The translations under genes and the position numbers were made by a program. DNA of 64,000 nt from Tubiluchus corallicola. Its lineage: Eukaryota > Animalia > Priapulida. A model generated the notes under the pieces. It saw only the letters and a list, made by a program, of their open reading frames with translations. It searched no databases and was not told the origin of the DNA. Positions 12,416 through 24,800 of this stretch are shown here, piece after piece (position 1 is the first letter of the stretch; each line of letters starts with the position of its first letter). The stretch covers positions 966 through 64,965 of the forward strand of contig JAQGDQ010001074.1 in NCBI GenBank assembly GCA_030141605.1, in the 5' to 3' direction.

Positions 12416-13738
12416 ATGCAGGACAAACAAACTAACGAATCTGGGTTTTCGGCTTTAACGTTTTTTCTAGCGGGCGTCTGGCTGCTATTGTCTCTAGCTT
12501 TTATATCAGTTTTTGTTTTCGAGATATACAAGATGGAGTCTGAAATAGTGAGTATTACAAATTTTCCTCTTCAAAATGCAAATTTGGTAATAACGTGCGC
12601 AAAAAAATAGGGATTCAGGTAAGAAAATTTCATCAAGAGATACTTATTGTTTTAATAAATAAACGGTCCTCTATGTTGAGAAATGTTCAATAAAATTAAA
12701 AATAAGCAAGCATGTCAACTAGAAACTTGGTTACAAAAAGCGCCAGATCGGATTATTTTAATTACATTGTAATTTAATTTATTTTTTGCTTCAGCTCAAA
12801 GGCATAAGCCTTTAAATACATGCAACTACAATTAAAAATGGTTGGACAGGCAATAATTACTATTTTACGAAGATAAAAAATTTAAAGTCTGTTTACATAA
12901 ATAATTATATGTATTAAAGGTACATTAAAATATCAATCTAGTGCGCAAATACGTTGGAGCATATTGTATAATCATCAAGGCGGTGAATTGCGTGACAAAA
13001 AATATTAAACGATTTTAAAATTCGACATCTAATCTTGTAAAGGCACATTTCCGCATAAAATTTTAAAGTGAGTAAAATTATTTTCTACGCAAATTGTAGC
13101 GAATTCTGGGCTTGAACAATTTTACCATGGCGCACGAAATAAGAGACCAGCTCTGACTTAAGAAGTCTTCTGATTTTAGCACATGAGAGAACTTATCTCA
13201 TTCAATATACAATGAGAATGAGATAAGTTCAAAGCAAACAAACAAACAAATTATTATAATTCCTGACTACATATTAATATGTCGTGTGCACGGTATAATA
13301 ATTTGTGGCCATAGATTTATATATCTGTAGACTAGCAATTCCTATATTCTCGGAATAGTAATTCGTGGTCACATATTCTATCGTGGCCAGGAATTAGTCA
13401 TTTTTCTCAAAATTTTTTTCTTGTGCATTATATATATATATATATATGCTATTCTGTTAAATTTTTATGCTCTTCTGACTTGCAATTTTTATATTATTAA
13501 AAAGATTTGCAGGGAACATTTTTCTGGAAGACTCTGTAAGGCATCTCCTAAGTTGCTAGGTTCAGCATTTAAGCAATCTTTCTAGTCTTGCAACCCATAA
13601 AGAAGGGCTCATCTTTTATATATATGAAAACTATCTGACAAAACGTATTATTAGATGATCGTAGCGAGACGGAACTTGGTTCACGAAACACTGAACCAGC
13701 AGCTGTAACTCTAGCTTGGCAGAGGGCTAATCGCGTAC

Positions 13739-13790
<52 letters not shown>

Positions 13791-16536
13791 TCCCATTAGG
13801 AGGCAAACTGCCTAAATCAATACGGGTATTGAATTGAAACTCCCCAGAACGAGAGTCACTCATCAGCTGACAGACCGGACTCAGCATCATCTTAATCATC
13901 TTTCATCTTTGGTAGCCAAATTGTCTCTGCTACCGCTGAACGACGAATCTCCTCAGTTATCGAATGAATAAAATCTGGGATATTGAAATTGAAGCTAATT
14001 GTCCGTAAACTCAGTCAAGCCAAAACTAGGCACCAAATTATTTTCATATTAAAGTACAAGAACTCTGCTAGAACAAAAATCATGTAAGAAACAATTGTTC
14101 AACTGTTCAACTTCAACTAAACAAATATTTTGTCAACAACAATAAGACGTGAAATAAATTTAAATTTATTCCCAGCAGTTTAATGCACAATTCAGTTCAT
14201 CTTTATTTCGGCACAGCTCAAAACAACACATATATTAAACCTTTTAATTGTTCTAAATTTTCTAGAAGTAGGTGTTTTTCTCTTCAGGACATTATCAGCT
14301 ACATTCGAAAAGCGCGCATAAATGATGACAACAATTACGATGATGGCGACAATAATCGAGTTTACAAGAGAGGTGATGAAACAGTCAAAACCGATTTTTC
14401 AGTGAGACGCAAAAGGTCTTTGAAAGATTCAAGCCAGTCAAAACTTAAGGGAATAATTCAGAGACGCAAGAGGCATACTAGAAAACAATATAATGATAGC
14501 AGTAAGTCAAGTTAAAAAAATTAATACTTATTTTTTCAAATTTCTATTTTACCTAAATAAGCTTTATACTTGTCATCGCTAATCAATTCCACTTTATGCT
14601 TGCTTCTCCATTTTATATGAAATTTGGAACCCCTAGCAGGCATCATCATCATAGTCGTTGTCATACTCGTCGTTGTCGTCGTCGTCCTCCTCCTCCTCCT
14701 CTTCATCACTATTCTCTTCATCATTTCATCATCATCAACATCATCATCATCATCTTCATCTTCGTCGTCGTCATCATCATCATCACCATCGTCGCCGTCA
14801 TCATCATCATCATCGTCGTCGTCGCTGTCATCATCATTATCATCAGTGTCGATGTTGCATTGTTATAGTTATCGGCGTCGTCCCGGTTGCCATAATTGTT
14901 CAGAGTGATACATGGGTGGGTGGTGGTAGGTATTTCTAGGTGGGAAAAATAGCGGATAAAAGTAGGCCTACAGAATAATCGTCAAAGTATTGCTGAAACG
15001 GAGACTCAATTGCCCATTTTATGCACATAGTTAATCAACAGTTTCTTAACTTCCTCATGTCCACTTTTGTTTAAAAATATAAACTTATCAATTTCACACA
15101 TGGACGGGAATTCTAGGAAAATATCTGATATTTGAATTAAGAAAACAGTCCTTTCTTGACAATAAACATTTCAAACATTGCATACTAAAGTGAAATTCAT
15201 CTTCCATGCTTCACCATTCCTCAAAATTACAGGCTATTGCACGACGTGCGAGGCTTTCACCTCAAGTTTTAAGGGCATGATAGATCCTCTATTGTTTCAG
15301 AAATAATTTGACGTAATAAATTTGTTATATACTATTACTCGTTGATGTACTTTTGTACCACCACTTCCTCCCAACCAGAAAAAGGTTATGTACCACCCTT
15401 CTTTAATGTAATTATCTTTTTGATTTCTCTTTTGACAACGTTTAATGTCCCATCTTAATCCCCTATTCTCTTAACGTCTACCATTTACTGGATTACTACT
15501 ATCCAAGGTAAGCATTGTTGTTTTATCATACGTATAATTAAATTACTCAACTTCTTTTAGATTTAGCAGCTCATTTCTACAACGATTTTGCAACCATCTA
15601 CAAGGAATTTCCTGTCGCAAACCTATCCAATTTTCCCAGTAAGTACAATTTCACACTTTAGGACTGTGTGTATAAACAAAAAAGAGGAGTAATGTCAATA
15701 TTTCGACACTTTTAGTAGACGTTATCAAAATTTTTTGCTAGGGAAGAATACTTCCATCACGTTTTTCCGTTTATCTTTTTTTATAAAATATTACATTTAA
15801 TATGCTAATTAGATTCTCAGGCTAATTATACAGCATGAAAGTTTGGAAAAAGCCGTTTAAATTTTCCAAAGACAATTTATTGCGGCACTGAAAAACGGTT
15901 AACCAAAAAATCAATTAGGTTTTGTTGTAGTGTGTGTTAGCTCAACTTGCAATGAGCAATAGTTCTTTTGGTACATTTAGATCACGTGATCAGATACTGG
16001 AAGGCAGCTGATTGGGTGGACGCTAAGTTATTCAAAGCCAGCAAAGAAACTGGAGAAATCATTGTGACGATTGGAGGCGTTTATTACATCTACGCACAGG
16101 TCTGGCATATTAAATTTTACTTTAAATAATATTTAATTAGTTATGCCATATAAATAAGCACATTAAAAACGAATTAACTGCATAGAAAGAAAATTAAAAT
16201 TTTTTAGTTGTTTTGACATTCATCGATTGCAAACCTACATTTCAGTTCATTTTTTACAACACTGAAGAATCTAGTAGAAATGGTCTTAAGAATTCTCTGG
16301 GTTTGTATAGAAGAGAAACCGGTGAAAAAGACGACACACTGTTGTTCAAATGCACCGAGATGAGATTTGACTCAAGCAACTCAAAGAAGTTTACCAGCTA
16401 CGCAACTTGCTCCTTAGGTGGACTTGCTAGACTTCAATCTCATTCATCTATCTTTCTTAAAAATTTCTATGATAATAAGTTAGCTAGAATAAGCAAACAA
16501 GAAACATATATTGGCTTGATGAGGATAACTACATAG
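12416..16536 (+). CDS. TNF-superfamily ligand A (Eiger/EDA/BAFF-like type II membrane protein); exon 1 frameshifted in this sequence
   Basis: Exons 12416-12618, 14288-14501, 15561-15638, 15981-16099 and 16246-16536, all with GT-AG junctions. N-terminal TM helix, stalk with RRKR twice, and TNF homology domain motifs AAHFY, W, GEIIVTIGGVYYIYAQ, CTE, YATCSLGGLARL, ETYIGLMRI. A 1-bp loss near 12573-12576 relative to paralog B gives a TAG at 12608-12610. About 301 aa if the base is restored. Confidence 0.88.
13744..13788. repeat. (TA)n microsatellite
   Basis: Uninterrupted TA dinucleotide run. Confidence 0.95.
14641..14845. repeat. Compound (TCA/TCG/TCC)n trinucleotide microsatellite in TNF-A intron 2
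   Basis: Directly visible; it explains the poly-Ser, poly-His and poly-Ile ORFs at this position. Confidence 0.95.
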
Positions 16537-19500
16537 AAAAACGTGCACAAGAATTACCATTTAAACGGAGAGTTGCTATTACATAATATTTATTATGATT
16601 ATATTTATTATCTAACTATTTTAATTATTATTCCTGAATTTTTTTGCACTTCTAGTATTACATTTTCAAATAATTTTCGCTCTACTAAGTATTGCAAGAC
16701 AACATATTAGTCGATGCTTATCAAACTTGTTATACGTTGTAATATGTTCTTTTGATGATTTTTTACTCGGGTTTTTCATTATGCAGAGAGTATTTATTAA
16801 GTATTTAAACGGAACAAAATGGCAGATAGTTGTATATTTACAAATAATAACTGCTTATATTTCTTCAGGCCTAATATTGTATGTTGGTGGCTAAAAATAA
16901 AGAACATTTTTAGATACATAAGCGGATTGATGTTATTACATAGATTTTTAAATGTCAAAAAATTATTGTGAAAGAATTATTACAATAGTTACATCTCTCA
17001 AAGTTGGTCCAAAAATAATAATTCTGTGCAAAGGCGTATTTACACGACACGAACTAGACACACGTGCAAGGCCTATATAATTTTCATATACGTCTTGGGC
17101 GCAAGGGCACAAAATAAAGTCAGTTTCTTTCAATCAACAATTTCTAAATAATCATTTTCCTGATCGTAAACCGGTGTCACCCAAACAAAAATTGGCATCG
17201 ATAAAAATCATTTTTAAAAAGCCGCTAATTTGCATGGGCTGCAGTTACTTTAAATAAACGTGATTTTCCAGCAAAATTGAATAATTTATATAAAAATCTT
17301 TGACAATTAATTAAGTTATATACCACTTTACTGTTTGATACTGTTAAAATCACTATCACTGTTGCTCTTTTGATTTGCAGTCCTCGGGGTATGCCACTGT
17401 AACTGCTGTTAACGCTATTCTTTGCCTATTTCGAAGTGAGCACGTGACCTACTCCCACATGTCGTAAGAAATTAGCACATAGGTCTTGCGCATTCGTCTA
17501 TAGCATGAGTCTTAAATCGTATCACAAGAACTATGGTCTGTTTAGGACGCATACGACAGCCTCACATGACAAACAAAAGCAAAAAGTACAAACAGGACTT
17601 AAATTAAAAAGGTTTTAGCACAGAAGCGGTTAATTTATCCGTCTGTTGCATGACAACTAATATCTTTTGTTGTAAGCAATCTTTATATTTTGTACAATTG
17701 TTTTATGTTGCCATACTATTTTTACGTTTATGTTTTTTCTAATAATTGTACTATATTTTATGTTTTTGCACTGAGGATTATTGTACTCATTTGTAAAACT
17801 GATTAATCTCAGTTTGCAGTACTGAATTAAATGAACAATATTATTTAAATTCCACTGATGATTTCTATGAACTAGTCCAATGGATACTGAGCCTTTTTTA
17901 CCCCATGCATTCCTACTATATGGCTACTTGTCATATGTCAGAATGTCTTTCTAGATTTCCAGTATTATCTGACTTGAAAGGTGCGTTCCAAATAATATGC
18001 ATATAACAATGGCAGTTAGTTACTTAATTAATTATGCAATATACTGCTTTACTTAATATGTACAATAACCATAGACCTACTTGAACGTTTTCTACGTAAA
18101 ACATGTTGAGCCTTTTTTTAGTTTTCAGCAAGATCCAATTTAAAAACGAAAAATATTTTATTTTTTCTATTGCATAATGGTGTAGTGAAAAAATTCAAAA
18201 ATGGTACCCATCAAAAAGGTATGCATGCCAACCAGTTTTTACAAAAATGACAATGTCATATTTGCGATCAGCGTCATTAAAAACCTCCGACTTGTAATAT
18301 TATGTAAGAAATGCGCATGCAGTTGTAGCCTAGCTAAAGGTCCTTGAAGAACACTAAAGTGGAACTAGGTCCTTTCGCGCAGTAAAACCAAAGCTAGATT
18401 CGCATTCAACGTGCAAAAACGTATTTCCTCCATTTTTTTTATTATTATTCGCCTTAATATTACGATGTGTCCCGTATTCGGATTTCTAGAAATTGCCATA
18501 TTCCTATAAGTTGGCCCTTCTAGTGTAGTAGACCGTTCCACGCGAAAAAGTAATTTTGCACTTACAGTCAGCATTGTAAATTACATCTTTCTGTATTTTC
18601 AGATTAGTAATATTAAGCTAATATTAAGGTGTCTCCTACTTCTGGACCCGATAAGCCTAAAGCCGGATGCACGTAACTGGGTCCGTCTGAACAAAAAAAT
18701 AATGTTAGATTCGATTCAGCGCCATAAAATACCTCTTTCCTGTCGTCATCAGGTTTATATAGTCTATAGTGAAAAATGAAAACGTCAATCAGTGGGGTCC
18801 TGGTCCGCATCCGTATGCTCTAAAATGCCCAATAGGGAAAAAACAAAGGGATTTTCCAGAAAGGACACCTCTCTATAAAAATAGAGTCCGTGGTTTTTGT
18901 CACAGAGTTCAGCTTTCAAGTTTGGTGCTTAACTTGGTCTAATTTTTTTAGAATTGGCACCTGTACAACCGGAGTTTCACTTCTCCGGGTGTACTCCTCT
19001 CGTTACAAGAGTGAATTCTTTAGTAGCTTTCCGAGAACTTTTTGCTACAATTTTACGTCAGTGTGGGAGTACTCCTACATTTTTATAATAAGTACTTTAA
19101 TAGTATTACAAGTTTCTTTGAACATTTTTCTGCAGTTTTATAGGTATATTTTTTCCTGATACTAAATTAATTATTTATAGTCTTCCGCGATTATTAGCCG
19201 TTTTACGTGTTGCATCTTTTTTTAACTTTTATTTTTTTATTCAACCAACTTCACAATTGTAAAACATTATACATATAATTGCATTTGTGGTTTACATACA
19301 GATTTGGGCTGGGAGACCCAAACATGGCATCTGTGTGCGTACCCCTCCTGTTACTTTAGTAGGCTAAATTCTTAATTTTACTGTTTACCGAGGGTTATTG
19401 AAGGAACTTTTGGTTTCTATTATAGCAAATTCTTTCATAGCCTATACAACCCATTTTATTAAGAGTGCTGAACAGTTTCTGGGTAACATGCAATTACAAT

Positions 19501-21548
19501 AAAGAGAATAAAGTCAATGTTAAGAATTATTGTTAAACAAACAATTTGTTGCTGCTGTCAGTATTTAACATTGAGTGCGTCGAGCCGTGAGATAACCTCT
19601 CGCAATAAAAATTCAGATTTTTAATAACAATGGCATTATAGGGTTTCATGTAAGAGGAAGTATTATCGAAGAGGAAACAAGAAATTGAAAGAGTTATTGT
19701 ACGTTGTCCGGGAAGTAGCGCGCGTGTTTCATTCATGATATTTCAATCAGATTTAATGAATGAATAAATGTCAACACGCTCTCAAGAAAGTAATCAATAA
19801 AAATCATCAGAACCAACTAATGCCGCCCTTATTTTAATTATATTGAAAAAATCACCTGTTAACATATTAAACCTTAAGGATGAGTAATATCTACATTCAT
19901 ATATGCATCACTCTGAGTTTGAGTATCTAAATTCACATATGTATCACTCGCAACATTATAATTTTCCATGATTTGAACTCTTAATGCGAGTATTTTTGAT
20001 GCGTGCATGAATAAATAACTTTGTCATACTCGATGGGAATTCTTCCAAACTCCAGCTTACTCGAGCAATCATCTCAAGCTATACATCACAGCCCATGAAT
20101 ATTTGAGCTCCAATTTACGTGGTTTAAGGCAGACCTGTTAAAGACACAAAATAGAGTGAAACACCATTAAAGATCTGTGGCGTTAAACATCATATGACGA
20201 AATGGCGATGCCCACTGTGCTACATTCCTTAAATTATTTATAATCTTAATTTCCATTGTCGGTTAGTCATGGAACCCGCAACTCCATCAACAATGCTAGA
20301 ATTTTTGGCTCAACCAGTGTTCCGCTCATAATAAAGGAGAAGTACTTTCTGTAGCGCAGTTTTTGAAGCGATTTTGACCGTTTTTCTTCTTGTTTTGCTA
20401 GGTGGATTGACTAATTCCTTTTTACTTGACAAGCCACAGACGTAATAAAATTTTAATGCACCAGGAAGCGGGAAGAAAATCAAGAAATGTCAGAGACGAG
20501 GTTACTTTGAATCTTTTTACCTATTGAGAAAATACTGCCTAAATAATTCAAGTTAGAATGTGTGCTTAATTTGAAAACTACACGCCAAAAAGCGCACCTA
20601 AAATGTCGCAGCCCACACTTGGAGAAGTTTAAGCAGGTTAGGGTTATAGATCTCTTAATACAGGTTACGCACAGAACACGAGCAAATTTTGTTTTAACAG
20701 TAAACGTGTAAACACAGAGATCTGTAACAGTTTGACAAAGATTTGACACGGAAAATAAAGTTCAGAGCCAAAACACCGAGAAACAAAGCAAATGTCGTAC
20801 TAAGAAATAAGGGAATAGTGATACCTTTGTGTAGTAATAAAAAGCAAGTCAATATCAAGAAATTTGATAAATAAGCAAATTCGCTTTTGGTTGCTTCTAT
20901 CATGTTTACAAGTAACCGCCATGTAGAACCGTTAGAAAGGGAGCCATAAACTTACGCCTTTACACAGCAAACAGAGAAGTATCGCGTAAACCGCAAAAGC
21001 TTTTTAAATATTTACATTGACGGGGAAATTAGAGAGATTATCTCACAGAAATCTGTAACTTACTTTACCTCAAAAGGTAACTTTTAAAATGCGCATCAAT
21101 AAAAGGCAATGAATAACGAACAACCATGCGGATTATTTAGGGTAGCCCACTGCAAAATATTTTTGGCATAATAATTGTTACTTTTCAGTATTTTTTCCAC
21201 AAAGGTAGGCAGACCAGAAAGCAGACTTGATTATCTTTAAATTGCGTTTATTAAATTAAAAAGCATCACGTCATTGTCGCGTTGAAACTCAGTTGCCTCT
21301 GAAAGTGCCAGTCACACGAGGGCGGTATCAGATTTCTGGAAAAACTCGAAGAGCAATTAAACATATTTAATTGGGGTGCTATACAAAACGCAGGTAACAT
21401 CTGCCATAGGCTGCTCAAACTTCGAGTTCATTACATGTGGTTTCAGAGCGTAAATTCTCTATAAAACGCTCATATGACTAAGCTAAAATATTTAGTCTGT
21501 AAATAGGAAAGTTTACAGCCTTTTGTCAGGTTGTTCGGTAAAACACTG

Positions 21549-21814
21549 TTGCGCAATGATTCACCTGCAATCGGGTACTTCCCTGGGTGACGTATATCTG
21601 ACGATGGTTGTTTAATTTTTCAAGCGGCACGGTGTTGGGTGATAACTGTTTGATCGCTCACAATCGAGAAGCAAAGACGTCAACTGCGCAGGCGCAGAAA
21701 TGTTACCTTTGATCATGTACTATTGAAATTCTACGCCAAAAAACAATCACTACACCGGGAACAAATGACATCGTCATCCTCCCCCACATTTGGCAACTTA
21801 CAACAATATATAAA
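21549..21814 (+). promoter_or_regulatory. Proximal promoter of TNF ligand B (C/EBP-like, kappaB-like and NRF1-type sites, TATA box)
   Basis: TTGCGCAAT at 21549, GGGTACTTCCC at 21573-21583, TGCGCAGGCGCA at 21685-21696, a TGACATCGTCATCCTCCCCCACATTTG block and TATATAAA at 21807-21814. Confidence 0.6.
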
Positions 21815-21866
21815 TACAGGCCTTTCCTGATAAGAAAGCAGTTGGTACGTTTATGGTTTATAGAAA

Positions 21867-24800
21867 ATGCATCTCTGTCAAAGCAAAGAAGACACTGGGA
21901 CTGCCACCCTGTCCTTGCTTGACTATCCTCCACATCATTCCCTACCTTCAAATCGTTTTCCTAAATTTCTTCTGGCAGGTATCTGCCTGATATTTTTTAT
22001 AGCTTCCACATCAGTTATTGTTTTCGAATTATACAAGATGGAGAACGAAATAGCAAGTATTAAAGAATCTTTTCTACAAGAGTACGAATTTAGCAACAAT
22101 GGAAGAAGGAAAAGAAACATCCAGGTAAGAAACGGTATATCAAGAGTTAACAGTTGTTTCAGTGGTTCTACTGTGTGAAGCAGTCGATTTTGCTCTTAAG
22201 CATGCGCGTTAATATTGCACCTAAGGTTTCGGTTTCTAAAAAAAATTTGAATTCAGACCTTCCTACAGAATACGTAAAATTTGGAGATGTAAAAAAACTT
22301 TTGTATTCTATAGAAAAAGCTTAGTTTTAACCTGTAGTTTACTTATACCAGAATTAATCTATCCATATTTTACCATAATTTTAATTAGGTTTTCTGGCTT
22401 TTTTAATGACTGCTAAATTCTCGGTTATTTTGGTAGTAGAATTCCTATACCCCGACTATTGATGGTTCATAATCAGAGAATATCGTGTAATGAATAATAA
22501 GCTGCGCGAATTTCGAAACTAGTGCCATTAAAGCTCCTGAGAGTAAATACAAACTACAGTCTTGTCCATAATCCGTTTTTGTGACAACATTGTGTCTAGC
22601 TGGTTATTTTGTGAACTGTTACCCTCAATAAAACTTATTGTTATGAAAATTATCAGAAAGATGTAGGCGTGTTTCAATCGTTTCTTGTACGCACTAAGCA
22701 TTATGATTGTAACCGTGTTAGTATTCCAAGCTAATGCGTTTTATTAACATTGTTGTTCGCCTTAATTAACTTTTTGACATTGAAGCGCCCCTGAAACGAA
22801 AGTATTTTATTGAGGCAGAGCACACTGTAGTCACTGTAGACAGAGTTGTCACGATGTTAGAGTGAGGTTATATAGTTATATAAAACAGCCACTCCGTTGT
22901 TAAAATCGAAAGACAAACGTGGGATCACATTAGGTATTACAATGGACTTATATAACATTACAATTGAAATTATAAACAAAACACTGAGAAAGGCTAAAAT
23001 TAATTTCAGATGTGCTGATATAAGCGCCTAAATAAGAGCGCTGAATATAAGAAATTGAGAAACAACTGAGAGACACAAAAGTTTAATAACTCAAGGAGAG
23101 AGGGAAATGTCTGCAGTCGCTAATTTTTTTAGTTTAATTCATATAGCAACCATACCACAGTTCTACGACCTGAAACATTACTGACTCAAATTAAGTTTGA
23201 ATATCCTTGCATCTTGCTCTATCTAGAATAACCGATAACCGCTTTCAGTGTGAGTAAGATTGTAGTCAAAAAATTGAAAGTTCGCTTCATGAGAAAGATA
23301 AAATTTATTTAATTGATAATTTACATAGAGACAATATGATATACAAGCTTTTATCGACCATTTTATAATACATTTGTAAACTACTATTTTATAATAAATT
23401 GCTATTTTATAGTAACTTGAAAAGCTGCATAGGTACGAGTGCGCATTTCGCAGATATTGCTGTAACGCACAGAGCAATTGTGCTAATTCTGTTTACGATG
23501 AGTTTACCACAAAGTTTACACAGCATGTAGTCACACAGAGTGCTGAATAACGCACCTTAGCTGTAATTAGCTCCAGTACTTAACTTTTCCAAAAAGGGGA
23601 TTTCGGTAAGCCTAGAAAATTGCCCTAAGGGATTTCCGCATGAAAAACGAAAGATTTCTGTGACACACAAATTTGCGGTGGAAAACTACCTGAAAAATTC
23701 GCAATTCAAAGTTATGATAGGCTGGTAATGATTTTCCTGCGCCGTCTACACACATAGGACAAGTATGTTAGTTCCATAATGTCATCTATAAACAAATTTC
23801 GTCATTCTATCAAGATAATCAAGTATTTATCCTTAGTGAAGAGTTCGTATTGTCAGTTGATGGATGATGGTATTACAAATGTGAATGAAATCACTTGAGT
23901 TAATGTAACACGGCGCCTTGGTACTAAGTTGGGCAGCTTTAAGCAGCCATTCAAGAAACAACGGCGAGTTGTCAAACGGTTTCTTCTTGGCCTATGATAA
24001 ATTTTGGTCTGAGATACACATACACACAATTGTTATCTATAATAATTATCTTTGTATATTAAATATTTGCTTAAGCACTTATTTAAGGTCGGCGAATGAA
24101 GCGAACGATGACGTCACTGATTGGAAAAATTTTCCAGTGGCAGAAACTTCCTACTGCATAGAATTTTTTACTATGAACGTTTCGTTTCTGTTCTGCTGTT
24201 TGGCATTGACACTGAAAGAAAAAGAATTGCCAAATATTAAGCTTACAAGCGTATCGGTGGGTAACACATGATTTCACGAGACTATTCTGACGTCATGTGG
24301 GATTTATTCTGATAATCACGTGCAGTGTGTGAAGCGTTTCCAAGAAGCAGACGCTGTTATCATCTAACGACATATAGCTTTCTGCAGCAATAATTCTTAA
24401 ATATAATTTACTCTAAGCAAAACTGCATTTAGTTCCCCTTCGATATACGCTATACTTTAATTCCTTGAATCATTTAGATCGATAGATTAAAATTACACTT
24501 TCAATGCACAAGTATATTTACGACCACATGTCGAATGGCAGATATTCGATTTTTATACACTACGGCGGGCACTACAAGCCGGCATCCAGCATCCAGCATT
24601 TAACGTCGGTGTCTAGATATTTGTGGTGTGACATTAGCCTGGCTTATCATCAAGAAAATACCTCAAAGATGAGCCACTAAGAAGACAGAGATGTCTCAGT
24701 CATTTTCAGACTAACTAAATCTTCCCTCTTCAAGGTAAACAACCAAGGCGCATAGAATCTCATAGAGCGAGTATCGAACCCAGGCGGTCACGAGCCAGAC

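Noticed and set aside
14536-14939. Poly-Ser, poly-His and poly-Ile ORFs
   Set aside because: They are translations of an intronic trinucleotide microsatellite and are open in several frames.
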